Shown here: positions 11,411 to 24,161 of the stretch, one piece after another
How the letters are laid out: every line of letters begins with the position of its first letter
How positions within the stretch are numbered: position 1 is the first letter of the stretch
NCBI GenBank assembly: GCA_013239625.1
Contig: MU053504.1
Span: 250,001-314,000, forward strand
Direction of reading: 5' to 3'
Source: Lama guanicoe
Taxonomy: Eukaryota
DNA: 64,000 nucleotides
The notes under the pieces: model-generated
The model's input: the letters and a program-made list of their open reading frames with translations, nothing else
Databases searched by the model: none
What the model was told of the DNA's origin: nothing
Program-made: the position numbers and the translations under genes

Positions 11411-12527
11411 ACAAACCCACCAACACAAGGTTCTAGAGGATATTCTATATAAAAATATGCATTATAATAATAAATAGATTTCCTCAAATGAATCCCTCAC
11501 CCTCTGTATGTCATTGAATTATTACTTGAGCATCTACTATGTGCTAGGTCCTATCCTAGGTACTAAGGAATCAGGAATGAACAAAATCGGCAAGTTTTCT
11601 GATTTCGGGACACTTCCACTGACTACATCAGTTAAATTCCAGTAGTGATGAGTGTTATGAAGGAAATAAGATGGGGTAATGAGTGGGTACAGCCAGGTTT
11701 AGCCAGAGTGGCAGGGACATCCACACCAGAGGGAGTCATCGGAGCTGAGAGGTTGTGAAGGAGTCCGTGGTGGGAAAGTCAGGAGGAAGGGAATTCCAGA
11801 AGGAGGGATAGGCAAGTGCAAAGGCCCTGAGGTGGGAGTGTGCCTGGCATGTTAGAGAAGCAAAAAGATGATCAATAAAACAATATGCCCTACCTGTCCC
11901 TTTCGTGGAAATGGTGCACATGGTTCATGTTTGGGAAAAACATTTTGTCAACTGCAGATAGAAGCCAACACAGAAAGAAGAGTGCCTTGAATATGATGAG
12001 CCTGGGTTGGAAACCCAGCTCTCAGCTTAGTGGCTGTGTGACCTTGGGCAAGCACCTCTACCTGGCTACGCCTCTTCTCTAGAGAGGGGATAAGCACAGC
12101 TCCTACCTCCAGGGTGTAGGGAGGTTTCCTGACCCGATGCATGTAAAGGGCCGGGAGCATGGTTATGTGATCAAAATGTGACAAATTCTGGTAGGTCTGT
12201 ATGTCCGTGTCATGGGTTACCAAGCAGCTGTAAAAAAGAATGAGGTCGACCTTCATCAGGGGCAGATGTGAAAAGATGCCCCAGACACACTCTTGAGAGA
12301 AAAGAGGAAGATGCAGAACATCACCTACAGTTTGGACCCATGTGTGTAAGAAAATTGCAAGTGATTATTTTTACATGTACTCAGATAAAGACCTTGGAGA
12401 CAGACTCTTAGCGGTGATTTGCTTGCGGGGAGGAGATTACAATGGAAGTGATGGCGATGGTGTTTTCACTTTACATTCCATACCTGTAAATTGTTTGGAT
12501 TCTAAAAAGATAGAATGAAGATGTATA

Positions 12528-13009
12528 CAGGCATAACTTATTTTATTGCACTTTGCATATGTTGCATATTTTTACAAAGCGAAGTTTTGGGGCAACCTGG
12601 TGTTGAGCAAGTCTCTCTGTGCCATTTTTCCAACAGAATTTGCTCACTTCATGTCTCTGTGTTGCATTTTGGTAATTCTTGCAATGTTTCAAACTTTTAA
12701 ATTATTATTATATTTTTAATAGTGCTCTGTGATCAGTCATCTTTGATGATACTACTGTGAAAAGACCACAACTTGCTGAAGGTTCAGACAATGGTTAGCA
12801 TTTTTTAGCAATAAAATATTTTTTAATTAAGGCATGTACTTTTTAAAAAGATATAATGTGATTGCACATTTACTAGATTACAGTATAGTGTAAGCATAAG
12901 TTTTATATGCACTGGGAAACTGAAAAATGCATGTGACTTGCTTTATTGCAATATTGGCTTTATTTTGGTGGTCTGGAGCCAAATCCACAGTATCTCCGAA
13001 GTGTGCTTG
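12528..13009 (+). mobile_element. Tigger1-derived non-autonomous DNA transposon (internally deleted, ~480 bp)
   Basis: CAGGCATAACT...TTTTATTGC 5' end and ...TATCTCCGAAGTGTGCTTG 3' end, with TA target duplications on both sides. Confidence 0.85.
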
Positions 13010-13051
13010 TACAGATATAATTAACATATCTAAAAGCCAGTTTTTATCAAC

Positions 13052-13579
13052 CAGGAGTTCTTAACAGATGTCTCTGGAACCCCGAGGGATCTGTGAATAG
13101 AATTCGGGGAATCTATGGACTTGGATGGGAAATTGTGTTTTGGGTTTTGCTTTTTTGTTTTGCTAACCTCTAACTGAAGCAAGCTTTCCTGCAGTGATGA
13201 ATATAGGCCACAAACGACTGCAGTGCTGGTGGCACCTGTGACTTCGTCGTCAGTAGAAATCGTAGATACTCCTGTGTCCCACCACGGTGTTGTGGACATT
13301 TACATCATATTGTTTATACTCATTACAACCTCGAAGTGATGGAAGGTACTAGGTCCATCATCAGGTCTTGTTATTTAATGGGTGAATACAGAAGCCATAT
13401 GTGGCTGTAACACAAATCCGTTCTTAAAGATACTTGATATCTGTATCTCAAGGCAATTTGTTCCCTTTGTAAACCTGTACCTTTAATTTTATGTTTTTAA
13501 AGACATGCTTCAGAGAGAGGGTCCTGAACTTTACCAGATGCCAGAGGGGCCCTGGGCCCAGGAAAGGTTGAGATCTCTG
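13052..13579. mobile_element. hAT-Charlie family DNA transposon relic
   Basis: Degenerate terminal inverted repeats CAGGAGTTCTTAAC ... GTTGAGATCTCTG around an AT-rich interior. Confidence 0.6.
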
Positions 13580-15069
13580 AAGATTCCTCCCCCACAGGTC
13601 CCAGCCCAGTGCCCGCCCACTAGACCACTAACTCCAAGAGTGCAGGGGATTTGCCTGTCTTTTCTTCTGCTGCCTGGAAGGATGCCTGGCAAACTGTAGG
13701 TGCTCTATTGATTGAATGAATGAATGGACTGGACATCTCCTTTCCTGGAACAGTTCGCTTTGAAAGAAACTGCCTCACGTGGCTCTGTGGTGCAGCCACT
13801 GGGAAACAGAACAGCAGGAGAGGAAAGAAGCGCCTTTACAAAAATATTAAATCCCAGACTGAGCTGCCTCACGGCTTGTACGTCTGGCTTTTGTGCCTCC
13901 ATTTCCCCATCAATAGATGGTGTGGTGACAGTACCACTTTGGGGGGTTGGAGTGAGGGGGGCATGTGCAGCTCATACAAAAGGGCCCTGTTAATAGAAAT
14001 GCTTGGAGCTTCTGTTCCATTCTGGCACCCCACGACGTGCTAGGTGTGCTTGGGCACATAAGACAGCGCCTCTCAGTCCCCCTTTACCCCGTCCCCTTAT
14101 GAGGCCCTGCTATTGACCACATTTTAACAAAGGAGCAAATGGAGGCTCGGACACACAGTCACTTCCCTGACGTCACCTATCAAGTTGGTGGCTGCTGGAC
14201 TCATACGCAGCTCTGCTGATTTGGGAGGCCGGGTGGTCAGGTCTGGTGGGCACAGGAGGGGAGGGCAGGGGCGAAGCAGGTAGAAACGGTGCCTTCCTCC
14301 TCTAGCGCAGGACCTAGGGTTCAGCACCCCCTTCGCTGAGCCCTTAAAGGTGCTCAATAAGGATTTGTCAACAGAACAAATTGGTCCATTTTATGTCAGG
14401 GGCACTGAATTTCCACTGAATGAATGATTGGTGGCTAGAAATAAGTTTGGACATCCCAACCCAGCTCCATCTGCTCCTGGAGCCCCGTGAGAGGCGAGGC
14501 CAGAAGGCAGAGTGGGAGAGAAAAGGGTCCAAGGGCAGGAGGAACGGGGAAGTAATCACAGCATGGAGACTGGGGGGCAGGGAAGAGGAACAGAGGGAGG
14601 CCCACGGCAAGGGAGGGAGGGAGCTCAGGGCACTTGCAAGAGAAATGTTCCAGAAACCTGACCCAGTCTTGAGGCTCTTTTGTCTGCTCGTCTGTTTTGT
14701 CATTTTGCCTGTTCAACAAACTCATTCACAAGTGCCAGGACCTGTGTGGGGCCCTGGGAGAGAGCAGTGATCAGAGGAGGCGGGTTCCTACTTGAGGGGT
14801 GGGCTGAGATCTGCGCAGCCGCCAGGGCCTCCGAAGGCAGATCTCAGCAGCACCAAGTGTGCCAGGCGTGGCCCCAAGGGCCTTACAAATATAGCTCGTT
14901 TAGTCCTTGGTTCTCTCATCGCCCGCCCTCATTGTCCAGGTGAGGAAAAGCAGCACAGAGAAGGTGAGCCTGTCATCCAAGTCACACAGCTGAGTGACAG
15001 AGGCTGGCTTGGGACCCGGGCCTTCGTGCTCCTGAGACCATAGCCTTTACCACTTGGGTGGGCTGCCTG

Positions 15070-15571
15070 AGGGAGTCAGACTCCAAGACAGCCCCAGTGA
15101 CCCCCGTTCCGGTACTCCTGCCCCAGTGCAGTCAGGACTGGCTGACCAAAGGGATGCTGTAGAAACGCTGGAGGTGAGCCCCTGATGGCATCTCACACTG
15201 TGGCTTCTGCTTTGCTACCTGGTGAATCTCTCGCTCTGAGAGAGGCCAGCCACCGTGTCCTGAGGGTCCTCAAGCACCCTTGAGGAAGGGCTTATCTGGG
15301 GAGGATTAGAGGCCTCCCACCACCAGCCAGTACCACTCTCCCAGCCTGGGCACCATGGAGGCTGATCCTCCAGCCCCAGTCAAGCCTTCAGATGATCACA
15401 GTCCCAGCTTATAGCCAAGTGTCAGAGTGAAAAAAATAGAGTCAGAACTACCTTGTCAAGCTGCTCCTGATTCCTGACTCATAAACTATGAGTGATAATA
15501 AATGCTTGCGGTGACTTTACATTGCTAACTGGCTTAGGGTAATTTGTTATGTCATAACACGTAACTAATGC
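15070..15571 (+). mobile_element. MaLR LTR (MLT1-like)
   Basis: CCCCAGTCAAGCCTTCAGATGA...TTCCTGACTCATAAACTATGAG...TAATTTGTTAT...AACTAATGCA end. Confidence 0.75.
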
Positions 15572-16409
15572 ACTGCTTTTGCAGAGTTTACAGAGCTCAG
15601 ACCCTCTTGCTCCAAGGCCCTGCCCTCCTTGCTTGGCATCACATCCCGCCCTGCCATCTCCAGGCCCTAGATGCCTCATTTTTCCAGTGGCACTAACTTT
15701 GTGGCTTGTGAGCCCAATGGCCAAGGTTGGCCCCTCCCTCTTTGCCTAGCTCCAGCCCCTCCCATCCCCTCGGGGCCCACACAGGCCCTGACCCTTGGCT
15801 CATGGCAGAGGGGAGGTTTGTCTTATTTTTTCTGAGCAACCAGGCCCGGCCTTCTCAGCTGTTTTCCTCCCTGTAACAGATTCTGTTGCTTTTCTTCTGG
15901 GTCATGGCTTCGAGTGAGTGAGCAGACCAGATCAGACCAAGTGGGCAGGGAGCCAGGGGTAGAGAGGGTCAGGGATGAGAGGGCTGTTGAGGGGGGGAGT
16001 GCTTTTTAACTCTCGCCCCACCCGGGGTTCCCGGCACAGGCCTGGCTTCGCCAAACTTTCAGCTGCAGCGCTGAGCTTGTGTGGGCCTGGTGCACGGCGG
16101 CGCTGAGGGTCAGGCGCTGGTTCAGTCACAGCCCTGCAGCTTCCTTTCTTTTACAGTGAGGTAGTTTCTCCGAACCTCAGTGGCCTCATTGGAAAATGGG
16201 GCTCATTGATTCCTCCTTGCAGAGGGGCTGGCATGGGTGTTTCTGCCACCTGGATATGGGTGCTTCTCACAAGCTGGGGAGGGGCTGCCAGGGCCTCGGC
16301 CTCAGGCTTGGCTATCCTTCTGTGGTTGTCTGTGTCTAAACCTTGATCTAGGAAGGTTTTTATTTTTTTAATTAAAAAAAGATTCTCAGCTATTACCTCT
16401 TTTTTCTTA

Positions 16410-16500
16410 CTCTTTTTTTGAGGGGGTAGTTAAAGGGAGGTAATTAGGTTTGCTTGTTTGTTTGTTTGTTTAATGGAGGTCCTGGGGATTGAACCCAGGA
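16410..16500 (-). mobile_element. 5'-truncated copy of the same tRNA-derived SINE
   Basis: The reverse complement TCCTGGGTTCAATCCCCAGGACCTCCATTAAACAAAC...AAACCTAATTACCTCCC plus A-tail matches the 3' half of the copy at 35951. Confidence 0.8.
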
Positions 16501-17879
16501 GGTTTTGTTTCTTAAGCTGGGTTGTGGGAACAAGACAATTCATTTGCTTTTTCTCTCTACCTTTTCCTACATCTAAAATATTTCAGACAAAATTTTAAAA
16601 TGCATAGAATGAACAGCAAGGAAATTAACCAGGAGATGATCAGGGACTGGGAAGACAGTGATTTTTCTCCCTCTGTGTCTTCACACACTTCCATATTTCC
16701 CAATTTTTGCACACTGAAAATTAGTCACAAGCTGAGAAAAACAGCTAGGCTATTAGCAAGAGATAGAGCTGAAACCGGAACCCAGCTCAGCGGGACCTGG
16801 AGAAAGAGGCCCCAGTTGCCCCACTTACAGCCGCCCTCCAGCTCATCTCTGCGCCCAGGGGGCCCATTTCCAGCCCCTGCAGAGCTTCCCTATGGGGGTT
16901 CCCCTCAGCTGTCGGGGAATCGCCTTCCCTCCTTCCGCCCCACTTGGTGGCCACATTGTAGACCAATGAGTGTTAGACTGAAGTCAGGAGTGAAAGGCCA
17001 TAAGGTTCTGCCAGCCTAAGCTTCTGAGGCTCTGTTCCTGTGTCCAAGGGGAATTCGTTTTGCTTTCAGTTTCAGGGCCAGGGCTCCCCAGTCATCTCCT
17101 CGCCTGCAGACCCCGCCAGACCTCTGCATGCTTTGCTTCTTTTTGTCCTTACTTGAGGTACTTGTTTTCATGCTCCCTGCCTTGCAGATGAGGAAACATA
17201 AGGCCAGGGGGCAGAAAAAGGGACTTTCCCAAGATCACCCAAGGCAGGATGTAGACAAGTGAGAGCTGGACTCCTGCGCTGACTCCAAGTGGATTCCCTT
17301 CCTGTGCCGAGCATCCCAAGTGTGTTATTATCAACAGCCGACTTTCCTGGACTCTGACCCTATGCCAGGCACTGTCCCCGGCCCTGCATGTGTATTAACT
17401 CATTTAATCTCTGTGACAACCTGCAAAGTGGCTTTGATTAGTGGCTCCATTTCATGGACAAGAATGTTGAGGCACAGACTGACAAAGTGATTGAGAACAC
17501 ACAGCCAGCAAGCAGCAGAGAGGCAGGTCAAATTGAGTCAGTGGAGCCCCAAGGCCCACACCCAGCCTCTGTGGGATTTACCCCAGGCCTTGGGCTGAAG
17601 ATAGAGGATGTAATGGTGAGGAAGCCTAGATGGAGATTCTGGGATCCTCTCAGCTTTCAAGTTCTGGTCCTGCTGACTGAGGTCCTACTGAATCTTCTTT
17701 GGCAGAAGAACCTTAGATAAGCTCTCCTTGGCTGAGGGCCTCCTGGAAAAAGGGAAAAATCTAGCACCTATGAGTTTCCCATTTGGTGGTCAGGGGACTC
17801 TGTTCCCCAGATCCCAGTTTGGTACCCAGGGACCAGGTCACAGTGTCTTGTTTATTAACCAGGAACTGGCCTAAGTGCT

Positions 17880-18105
17880 GCGAGCAAGGTTTCTGGCATC
17901 AGACAGCCTAAGTGTGACCTGGACCTCACCCTTCCTGGCTGTGTGAACTTGGACAAGCACTCTCATTTCTTGGTGCCTCGGTTTCCTCATCTGTTAATGG
18001 GCAAACAATCTTACTTTATGAGCTCATTGTGAGAACTCAATGCAATAATTCTCACACGGCATGTAGGACAGTGTCTGGCACACAGTAAGTGCTCAATAAA
18101 TGCTG
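17880..18105. mobile_element. MIR SINE (one representative of many in the window)
   Basis: GTGTGAACTTGGACAAG...CCTCGGTTTCCTCATCTGTTAATGG...TGGCACACAGTAAGTGCTCAATAAATG. Similar MIRs occur near 12010, 17370, 20890, 24930, 28040, 44470, 51540 and 62290. Confidence 0.75.
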
Positions 18106-21100
18106 GCCATGACTCCTGTTTATCCTGCACACTTGCTGGGAAGCACGGAGTATTTTAAGTTCCACTTGACAGAGGAACCACTTGATGCAGGTGGCTTCCC
18201 CAGGGCCCACAGCTGGTCGGTGGCACCCTTGGGACAGAACCCCTGACTCAATCTCCATTCCAGACATTTCAGAGCTGACTCTGGGGTCAAGCAAACGCTC
18301 AGAGGCCAGAGTCTGTGCAGAGATGCAGGCTTAGGGGGCAGACCAAGGGCCTGTTTTCTCACATTTCCTGCCCAAGTTGAGGAGGGGAGAGGGTCTGTAA
18401 ATATCCCGGCTCGGCTGAGCTCTGGGGCCTGGGAGGAGAGAGCCAGAAACCCAGGGCCCAGCCCACGTGGGATGGCCTGTTCCCCCAGGGGAGGCCGTGT
18501 GAGGGGCTGCCGCCGCCACTGCTCTCCAGTCATCTCTCGGCTCAGGCATCTGTGCCAGTCGTTTCTAGGCTCCCTTTTGGGAAGAAAAACCCCAGTTCCT
18601 CCAAGAAGCAGATGCCGTTCTCCCCACCCCCTTCCCCAGCCCCAAACTGTCTAGAGGAGCCAGCGGTGAGGTTAGGAAATCAAACCCCAAGACATTTTGT
18701 TCGGCAACCGAGATTCATTTTTTGTTTGGATAACCGAAGGCCGAAAATGCCAAGAATTTACGGGCAGCCTGGGGAGGCCGGGGCAGCTGGGAGCCCTGGC
18801 CAGTTTGGGAGGATCTCTGGCTGGGCCAGGACCCCACGCTGTGCTCCTGCTGGATGCGCTTCTGACCCGCGTCCAGCCAGGCGAGGCCTTGTGACCGTGG
18901 GCTGAGGGGCTGAGTTATTCTGAGGTTTGACGTCAGGGACCTGGAGCGAACAGCAGAGGCTGGGGGTCTCCTGCCCAGCCCCTGACCCTTCTCTGCTTGG
19001 CTTGGGTGCAGAAGGGGACGAGAAAGAGGCCCCAGCTGATCCTGGCTGAGGAGTGGACACTGGCCATTGGGCTGGTGTGTCCTGGGTTGTCCAGTGTGGA
19101 CAAAGCGTGTAGAGGCCTGGGGAGGTAGCGGCAGGAGGGATGGACAGCCTAGGGATGAGGGGGTACCCGAGAAAGGGACAGGCAGAGGCTCAGGGAATGC
19201 CAGCCATACAGGAGAGAGGATCAGAGTGATAGAGGCAGAGTGAGTGAGTCGGGGCACCTGAGAGCCCTGGACCAGAGGCATGGAGGTGCAGAGATAGAAA
19301 GAGCAAGGCAGAGACACCCAGGGAGACAGATGGCCAGCATTTTCCACACAGTCGAGAAAGTGGACGATCCAACTGTTCGGGGTTCGGAGTCTGCCCCAAT
19401 TCTGGGAACCGGGAGACATCGAGTAGCTTTGCTGTCCTCAGGTGCTGGGGGTGGAATAAAGCTTGGGGGCTTGTCTCCTCCCACTCCTGTGAGAAGACCA
19501 GGTCCCTGCTGGGGGCATGGGAGAGGGCAGAGAATAGCACTTCCTGGCTGGAAGGCCTGGGGCCGCTGGGGCAATGACAGGACAACGGTGGACCTTTATC
19601 CATCACCTGCTGTGGGCAGATGCTTTCCAGGCTCTGCCTCTCTTGACCCCACATCAGAGGTCAGGAGGAGGTGCTTTCATTCTCTCATCTCACAGATGAG
19701 TGAAGGGCTGGCCCCGGGTCCCAGGTCCCAGAGCTAGTCCATGTTGGACCCAGGAGCCATGCACTAACCACTGTGCTGTCTGGCCCAGCAAGGGAAGCCT
19801 GCTCTCCAGCTGGCTCTGTCCACTCCATCCTGCCCCCCGTCGCATTCCTGCTGCAGCTCTTCACCCAGACGAGAGGGCAGAACAGAGCCAAGAGCTTATG
19901 TGCAGCCCACCGATAGTGGACTCCAGACGTGAGTCATTGTGGCAGAGGCTTCCAGGAGGAGGGAGAAGGAGGAGGGAGAGGGAGGAGGAAGGAGAGATCC
20001 ATAGAAGGAGGGGAAGAGGAGTGAAGAAGGGGGTGAGGGCACAGGGGTGGGGTGCCCCCCGTGCATTCTGAGCACAGGAAGGAGGACACCACAGCAGAGT
20101 CCTGGAAGAAGAGAATGGGTATTGGAGATCTGGAAATTCTGAGCCAGACGGGGGCACCCCATTGTCTCAGATCTTGCCTCCTCCACCTCCCTGACACCCT
20201 CCAGAGCTGGAGAAGGAACCTGGACTTTGGAGTGAGAAGCCAGGTTGGGTCTTGCTGCTGTGTGACTCTGGCAAGTCCTCTCCCCTTTCTGGCCTCAGTT
20301 TGCTCCCCTGGACACTAGGGACAGGGAGTTGGGGCAAGGGTACGGGCTGAGCAAGTGTTGGCCACAGCAAGCTTGCAACAGGGAGGCTTTTCCCTGGGCC
20401 CTCCCAGATGAACGAGTCTTGCTAAGAGCTTGGTCTGGGAGGCCAGTCATCCCCAGTCATCCCTGGTCATCCCGGATGGCGATGATGATGATGTAGGTAA
20501 TGCTACTAGATGAGAATATTTTGAAACTCATTTTTTTCTCTTCTGGGAGTTTAGAGCAGAAGCCAGAAAGAGGCTCTCAAGTTTCAAGGACTCTGAGACA
20601 AACTCAGACCAAGAGAACGTACAAGAGAAGAGCCAGAGGAAGGTCATGGTCATAGAAGGTAGCAAGCATCCCTGGCTGGAGGGAGAGGCATGACTATTCA
20701 GGTGCCACATATCCCTGAGTCAGAGGCCACATGTCTCATCTGGCGGGGGAGGAAGGACTCAAGAATCATAGGATCTGTGTTTCTTTCCTGGAAGAGCTCC
20801 TAATGGGAACAATTGACGCACACGAGAATTTACTGTGTGCCAGCTGCTGGGCCAAGGACTTCATATGCATCATCTTGTTAAATATTCATAGATGTTGGTA
20901 GTACTGTCATTGCATTTTATAGGTGAGGAAACTGAGGCTCAGAGAGGTGAAGCAACTTGCCCCAGGTCACGCAGCTAGAAAGGGGCAGAACGGGTCTCAA
21001 ATCCCAAAAACTGAGCTCCAGGTTCGTGGCTCTCATCTTCTCGGCTATGCTGTTGCCCAAAGAGGTGACAGGAACCAGAGGAAAGTGACTGCCAGATGTG

Positions 21101-22399
21101 TTTAGGCTGATGGGTTTGATCTTGTGGCAGGTTCCACCTACACAGGGTGACCTGGCAATGACCCAAAAGCCAAAGGGCATGAAGGGGGCACTCAACCCAA
21201 GGGCACCCAAGCGATGTACCACAAACCCCTGCTTGGACCCTACCAGCGACCAGGCAGGATAGGGGACCCTCCAGAATACCAGCATGGACAAGTGACATCC
21301 TTAGCCCCGAGGTTACCTGTCACCCTTGGACTGACTTGACCATGACTGAGCTTCCTCTGCCCACTGGTGCAGGGCTCAAAATAGAGATTATGTGAAGTAA
21401 GCAAAAGCCTGTGGATCTACCGTATTCTTGCCGAGGTGAAGCACGTATAGCAGCTGGGCAGCAGGCTGAGAGCAGGGCGTGAGTGTTTTTACCGGTCCTT
21501 CCATGCTGAGGTGTTCTCCATTTTGCAGATGGAAAAACTGAGACTCACTCATCCACAGCCACACGGCCAGGCTGGGACCTGAACTCAGGTCCACCTGATT
21601 CCCAAATCTGCAATCTTTAGCCCCACGGCATTCTACGGTGACCCCTGGCCGGGATTATCAGGGGACACGCCACTGACAGCTGAAGAGGTGAGCTGAGTGA
21701 CTTCCTGATCTGAAATCCATTGATTTAAATCCATCATTTATGCCAGGGGTAGGATGGTGACAGCTGGAAGTGTTGCTGGGCAGTAGGCGTGGGGGGCAAG
21801 TAGGCAGAGGACTGTGGGAAGATGGTGAGTGGGGCGCTGAGGAGATAGATGGTCGGGGCAGGAATGAAACAGGAGGTTCAGTATGTGTGTGCAGGAGTGT
21901 GTATGCGAGTGTGTGCACAAAACAGCTTGGTTACACACTGGAGTGCAACCTCTCCACCTGGAGGATGGATCAACTCAGGATATGCAGAAGGCAATCCTTT
22001 GGAAAACAGGAGGAAACTACCAGAATTTCAATTTACCTAATTTCATGTGTCATCTTCTTAAAGTTCCAACGTCATTGGTGCCATACCTGTACGTATGATA
22101 TTAATCTGGGGGCCTGCATGTAAACATTAAATAAATATGCATTTATCAGGGGAGTGGACATTGTTTGCTGATTGGGCAAATGATTTGCACAATTTGGAAA
22201 CCAGAGGGGACAAAGGGATGGCTCCCAGTCTTGGACACCACAGGATGCTTTTCCCTTCCTGACACCCACAGCAGACCACACCTGCGTCTGGACCTCAGTG
22301 CATCATCCTGGGCCTGGCACACCGTTGGTGCTCAGAGTGTCTGCTTAAAGAATGATGATAGGAGAGACTAGAGTGGCCCCGGCTTTGGGCCAAAATAGC

Positions 22400-23200
22400 A
22401 GTGGGGTCCTCCACTCCTTGATGTCTGCCACTCCACATCCAAGTCGTCAGCATAGCCCATTAGTTCTCTCTTCAGAATATATCAGAATCTGACTGACCAC
22501 ACCCCCTCCCCCAGCTCCATCCTGCTCCAGGCCTCCATCCCTTCTTGCCTGGTGGCTGCAGTGGCCTCCTCCTTGGGCTCCCAGCATCTACTCTGCCCTC
22601 TACAGTCTATTCTGTTAAAACCAAATCAGGTGTATCTCACCTGCTCAAAACCCTTCAATGGCTCCTGTGGTGTTCAGAGCAGGAGCCAAAGTCCTTCCAG
22701 TGGCTGCTCCCAAGGCCCAACATGGTCTATCCTCCCCTCACCTCTCAGATCTTTTCCCTCACTCCTGTCTCCCTCTCCTTCTCTGCTCCGGTCACACTGG
22801 CCACCCTGCTGTTCCCCAGGTATCCCAACTACATTCCCACCACATGGCCTTTGCACATGCAGGACCCTTTGCTGGGAATGCCCTTCACCCAGATACCTGA
22901 ATGGGCTGCTCCATTCCTTCGCTTGTTCTCTGGGTTCAAATACCACCTCTCCCGAGAAGTCCTCTAAGATTATCTGACTTAAAATAGCCGCCCCAATCAC
23001 TCCTTGCCTTTTTCCCTTTTTCATTTTGCTTCACCATCTGATGTAGTAGATATTTATTGCTCATCTCTTTATTGCCTCCTTCCCTCCACTAGTCCAGAAG
23101 GGGATGTACTGTTCTGTTTACTATTATATCCCTGGCACCTGAGATAGGCCTGGTCTGTGGTAGTGCTCAAAGAATCTTTATTGGCCAAATGAATGAATGG
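22400..23200 (+). mobile_element. L2 3' fragment
   Basis: CTCAAAACCCTTCAATGGCTCC, GGCCTTTGCACATGC and GTGCTCAA...AATGAATGAATG tail. Confidence 0.75.
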
Positions 23201-23417
23201 CAGTTAGGGAATTGGATTTCCAGTTCTGACTCTGCCCAGTCTTGCTGTGTGGTCTCAGGCCAGTCTCAGCCCCTCTCTGGGCCTCATCATCCCCGTCTGC
23301 ACAATTCAGAGACAAGAGTCCTATCAGCCTGGCCATCTGTGTCCAGGACAGGCCTCTGAGGTGGTTGCTCCACCTGCTGATTGCTGCCCACCACCCCTCT
23401 GCAGGCCCAGCCCTTAC

Positions 23418-23726
23418 CTTCTGTAGCCACTGCGTGTTGTTCTCCAGCATTTTTTCCAGCTGTCGCACCCGCTGGGTCGGCCAGTCCCCTAGATTCAGCG
23501 CAGCCGCTGGGGAGTCCCTCTGGAGGCTGTTGGAGCCCCCAAAGGTCTCGGGCTCCGGGGGGCAGGGCTCAGGCTCGGGCAGCACGAAGGTGTAGCTGCA
23601 CTGGCCGTGCTGGACTCGGTGTGCCCGGCGGCGTCCGCCAGCCTCCTGTCCCCTCCGCTGGGCCACAGTCGTGGTGGCCACAACCAGGAGGAGGCCACCC
23701 AGCAGCATGGCTGGCCGAGGGGGCAT
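23418..23726 (-). CDS. ANGPT4: Angiopoietin-4 coding exon 1 (signal peptide, superclustering domain, start of coiled coil), 309 nt
   Basis: Translates MPPRPAMLLGGLLLVVATTTVAQ...VQHGQCSYTFVLPEPEPC...SNSLQRD...LEKMLENNTQWLQK. It has the angiopoietin QHGxCxYTF and NNTQWLxK motifs and ends at donor AAG|GTAAGG, phase 0. Confidence 0.96.
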
Positions 23727-23900
23727 CCAGAGACGGGGCGATGGCGAGGAGTGTCTGGTCAGAGCCCAGGGGCCGAGCCTGCCCGCCGCCGTCTCCGTGC
23801 CCGGGGTGCACCCGCGGTGGCCAACAGTGGCCAGGCCTGCCCGCGGGGCCACTGCAGCTGCAAAGCCCTGTTTGACGGAGCTCTGTCCCCGCGGCTATTT
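23560..23900. other. CpG-rich ANGPT4 promoter/exon 1 region
   Basis: CpG density is elevated across the 5' UTR and the start of exon 1. Confidence 0.65.
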
Positions 23901-23903
23901 ATA
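23896..23903 (-). promoter_or_regulatory. TATA box of the ANGPT4 promoter
   Basis: TATAAATA on the minus strand 170 nt upstream of the ATG, at the edge of a CpG-rich exon 1 region. A GC-box-like GGGGCGGGGGCGGG lies ~45-60 nt further upstream. Confidence 0.7.
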
Positions 23904-24124
23904 CTCGTTCCAAATACCACAGCTGCTCTGCTTCCTCCCACTGCCTCCCGCCCCCGCCCCCAGACACCCCCTCACCTCTACTCTTGCCTCTTTCCCTTCC
24001 TGCCTCCTCACTCTTGTCCACACGCTGCCAGTCCCAGCACTGCGTGCTCTGCCCGCCTTGCGTCTGAGTCCTTTTATTATCCAGTGGAGGCCTGGCCTCC
24101 CTGCGAGAGAGGAGGAAAGAAAAC

Positions 24125-24125
<1 letters not shown>

Positions 24126-24159
<34 letters not shown>
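24126..24159. repeat. (AC)17 microsatellite in the ANGPT4 proximal promoter
   Basis: Perfect dinucleotide run ~220 bp upstream of the TATA box. Confidence 0.95.

Positions 24160-24161
<2 letters not shown>

Noticed and set aside
20443..20493. Three copies of a 10-bp unit (CAGTCATCCC-like) plus a short (GAT)n
   Set aside because: This is an ordinary short tandem slippage product.
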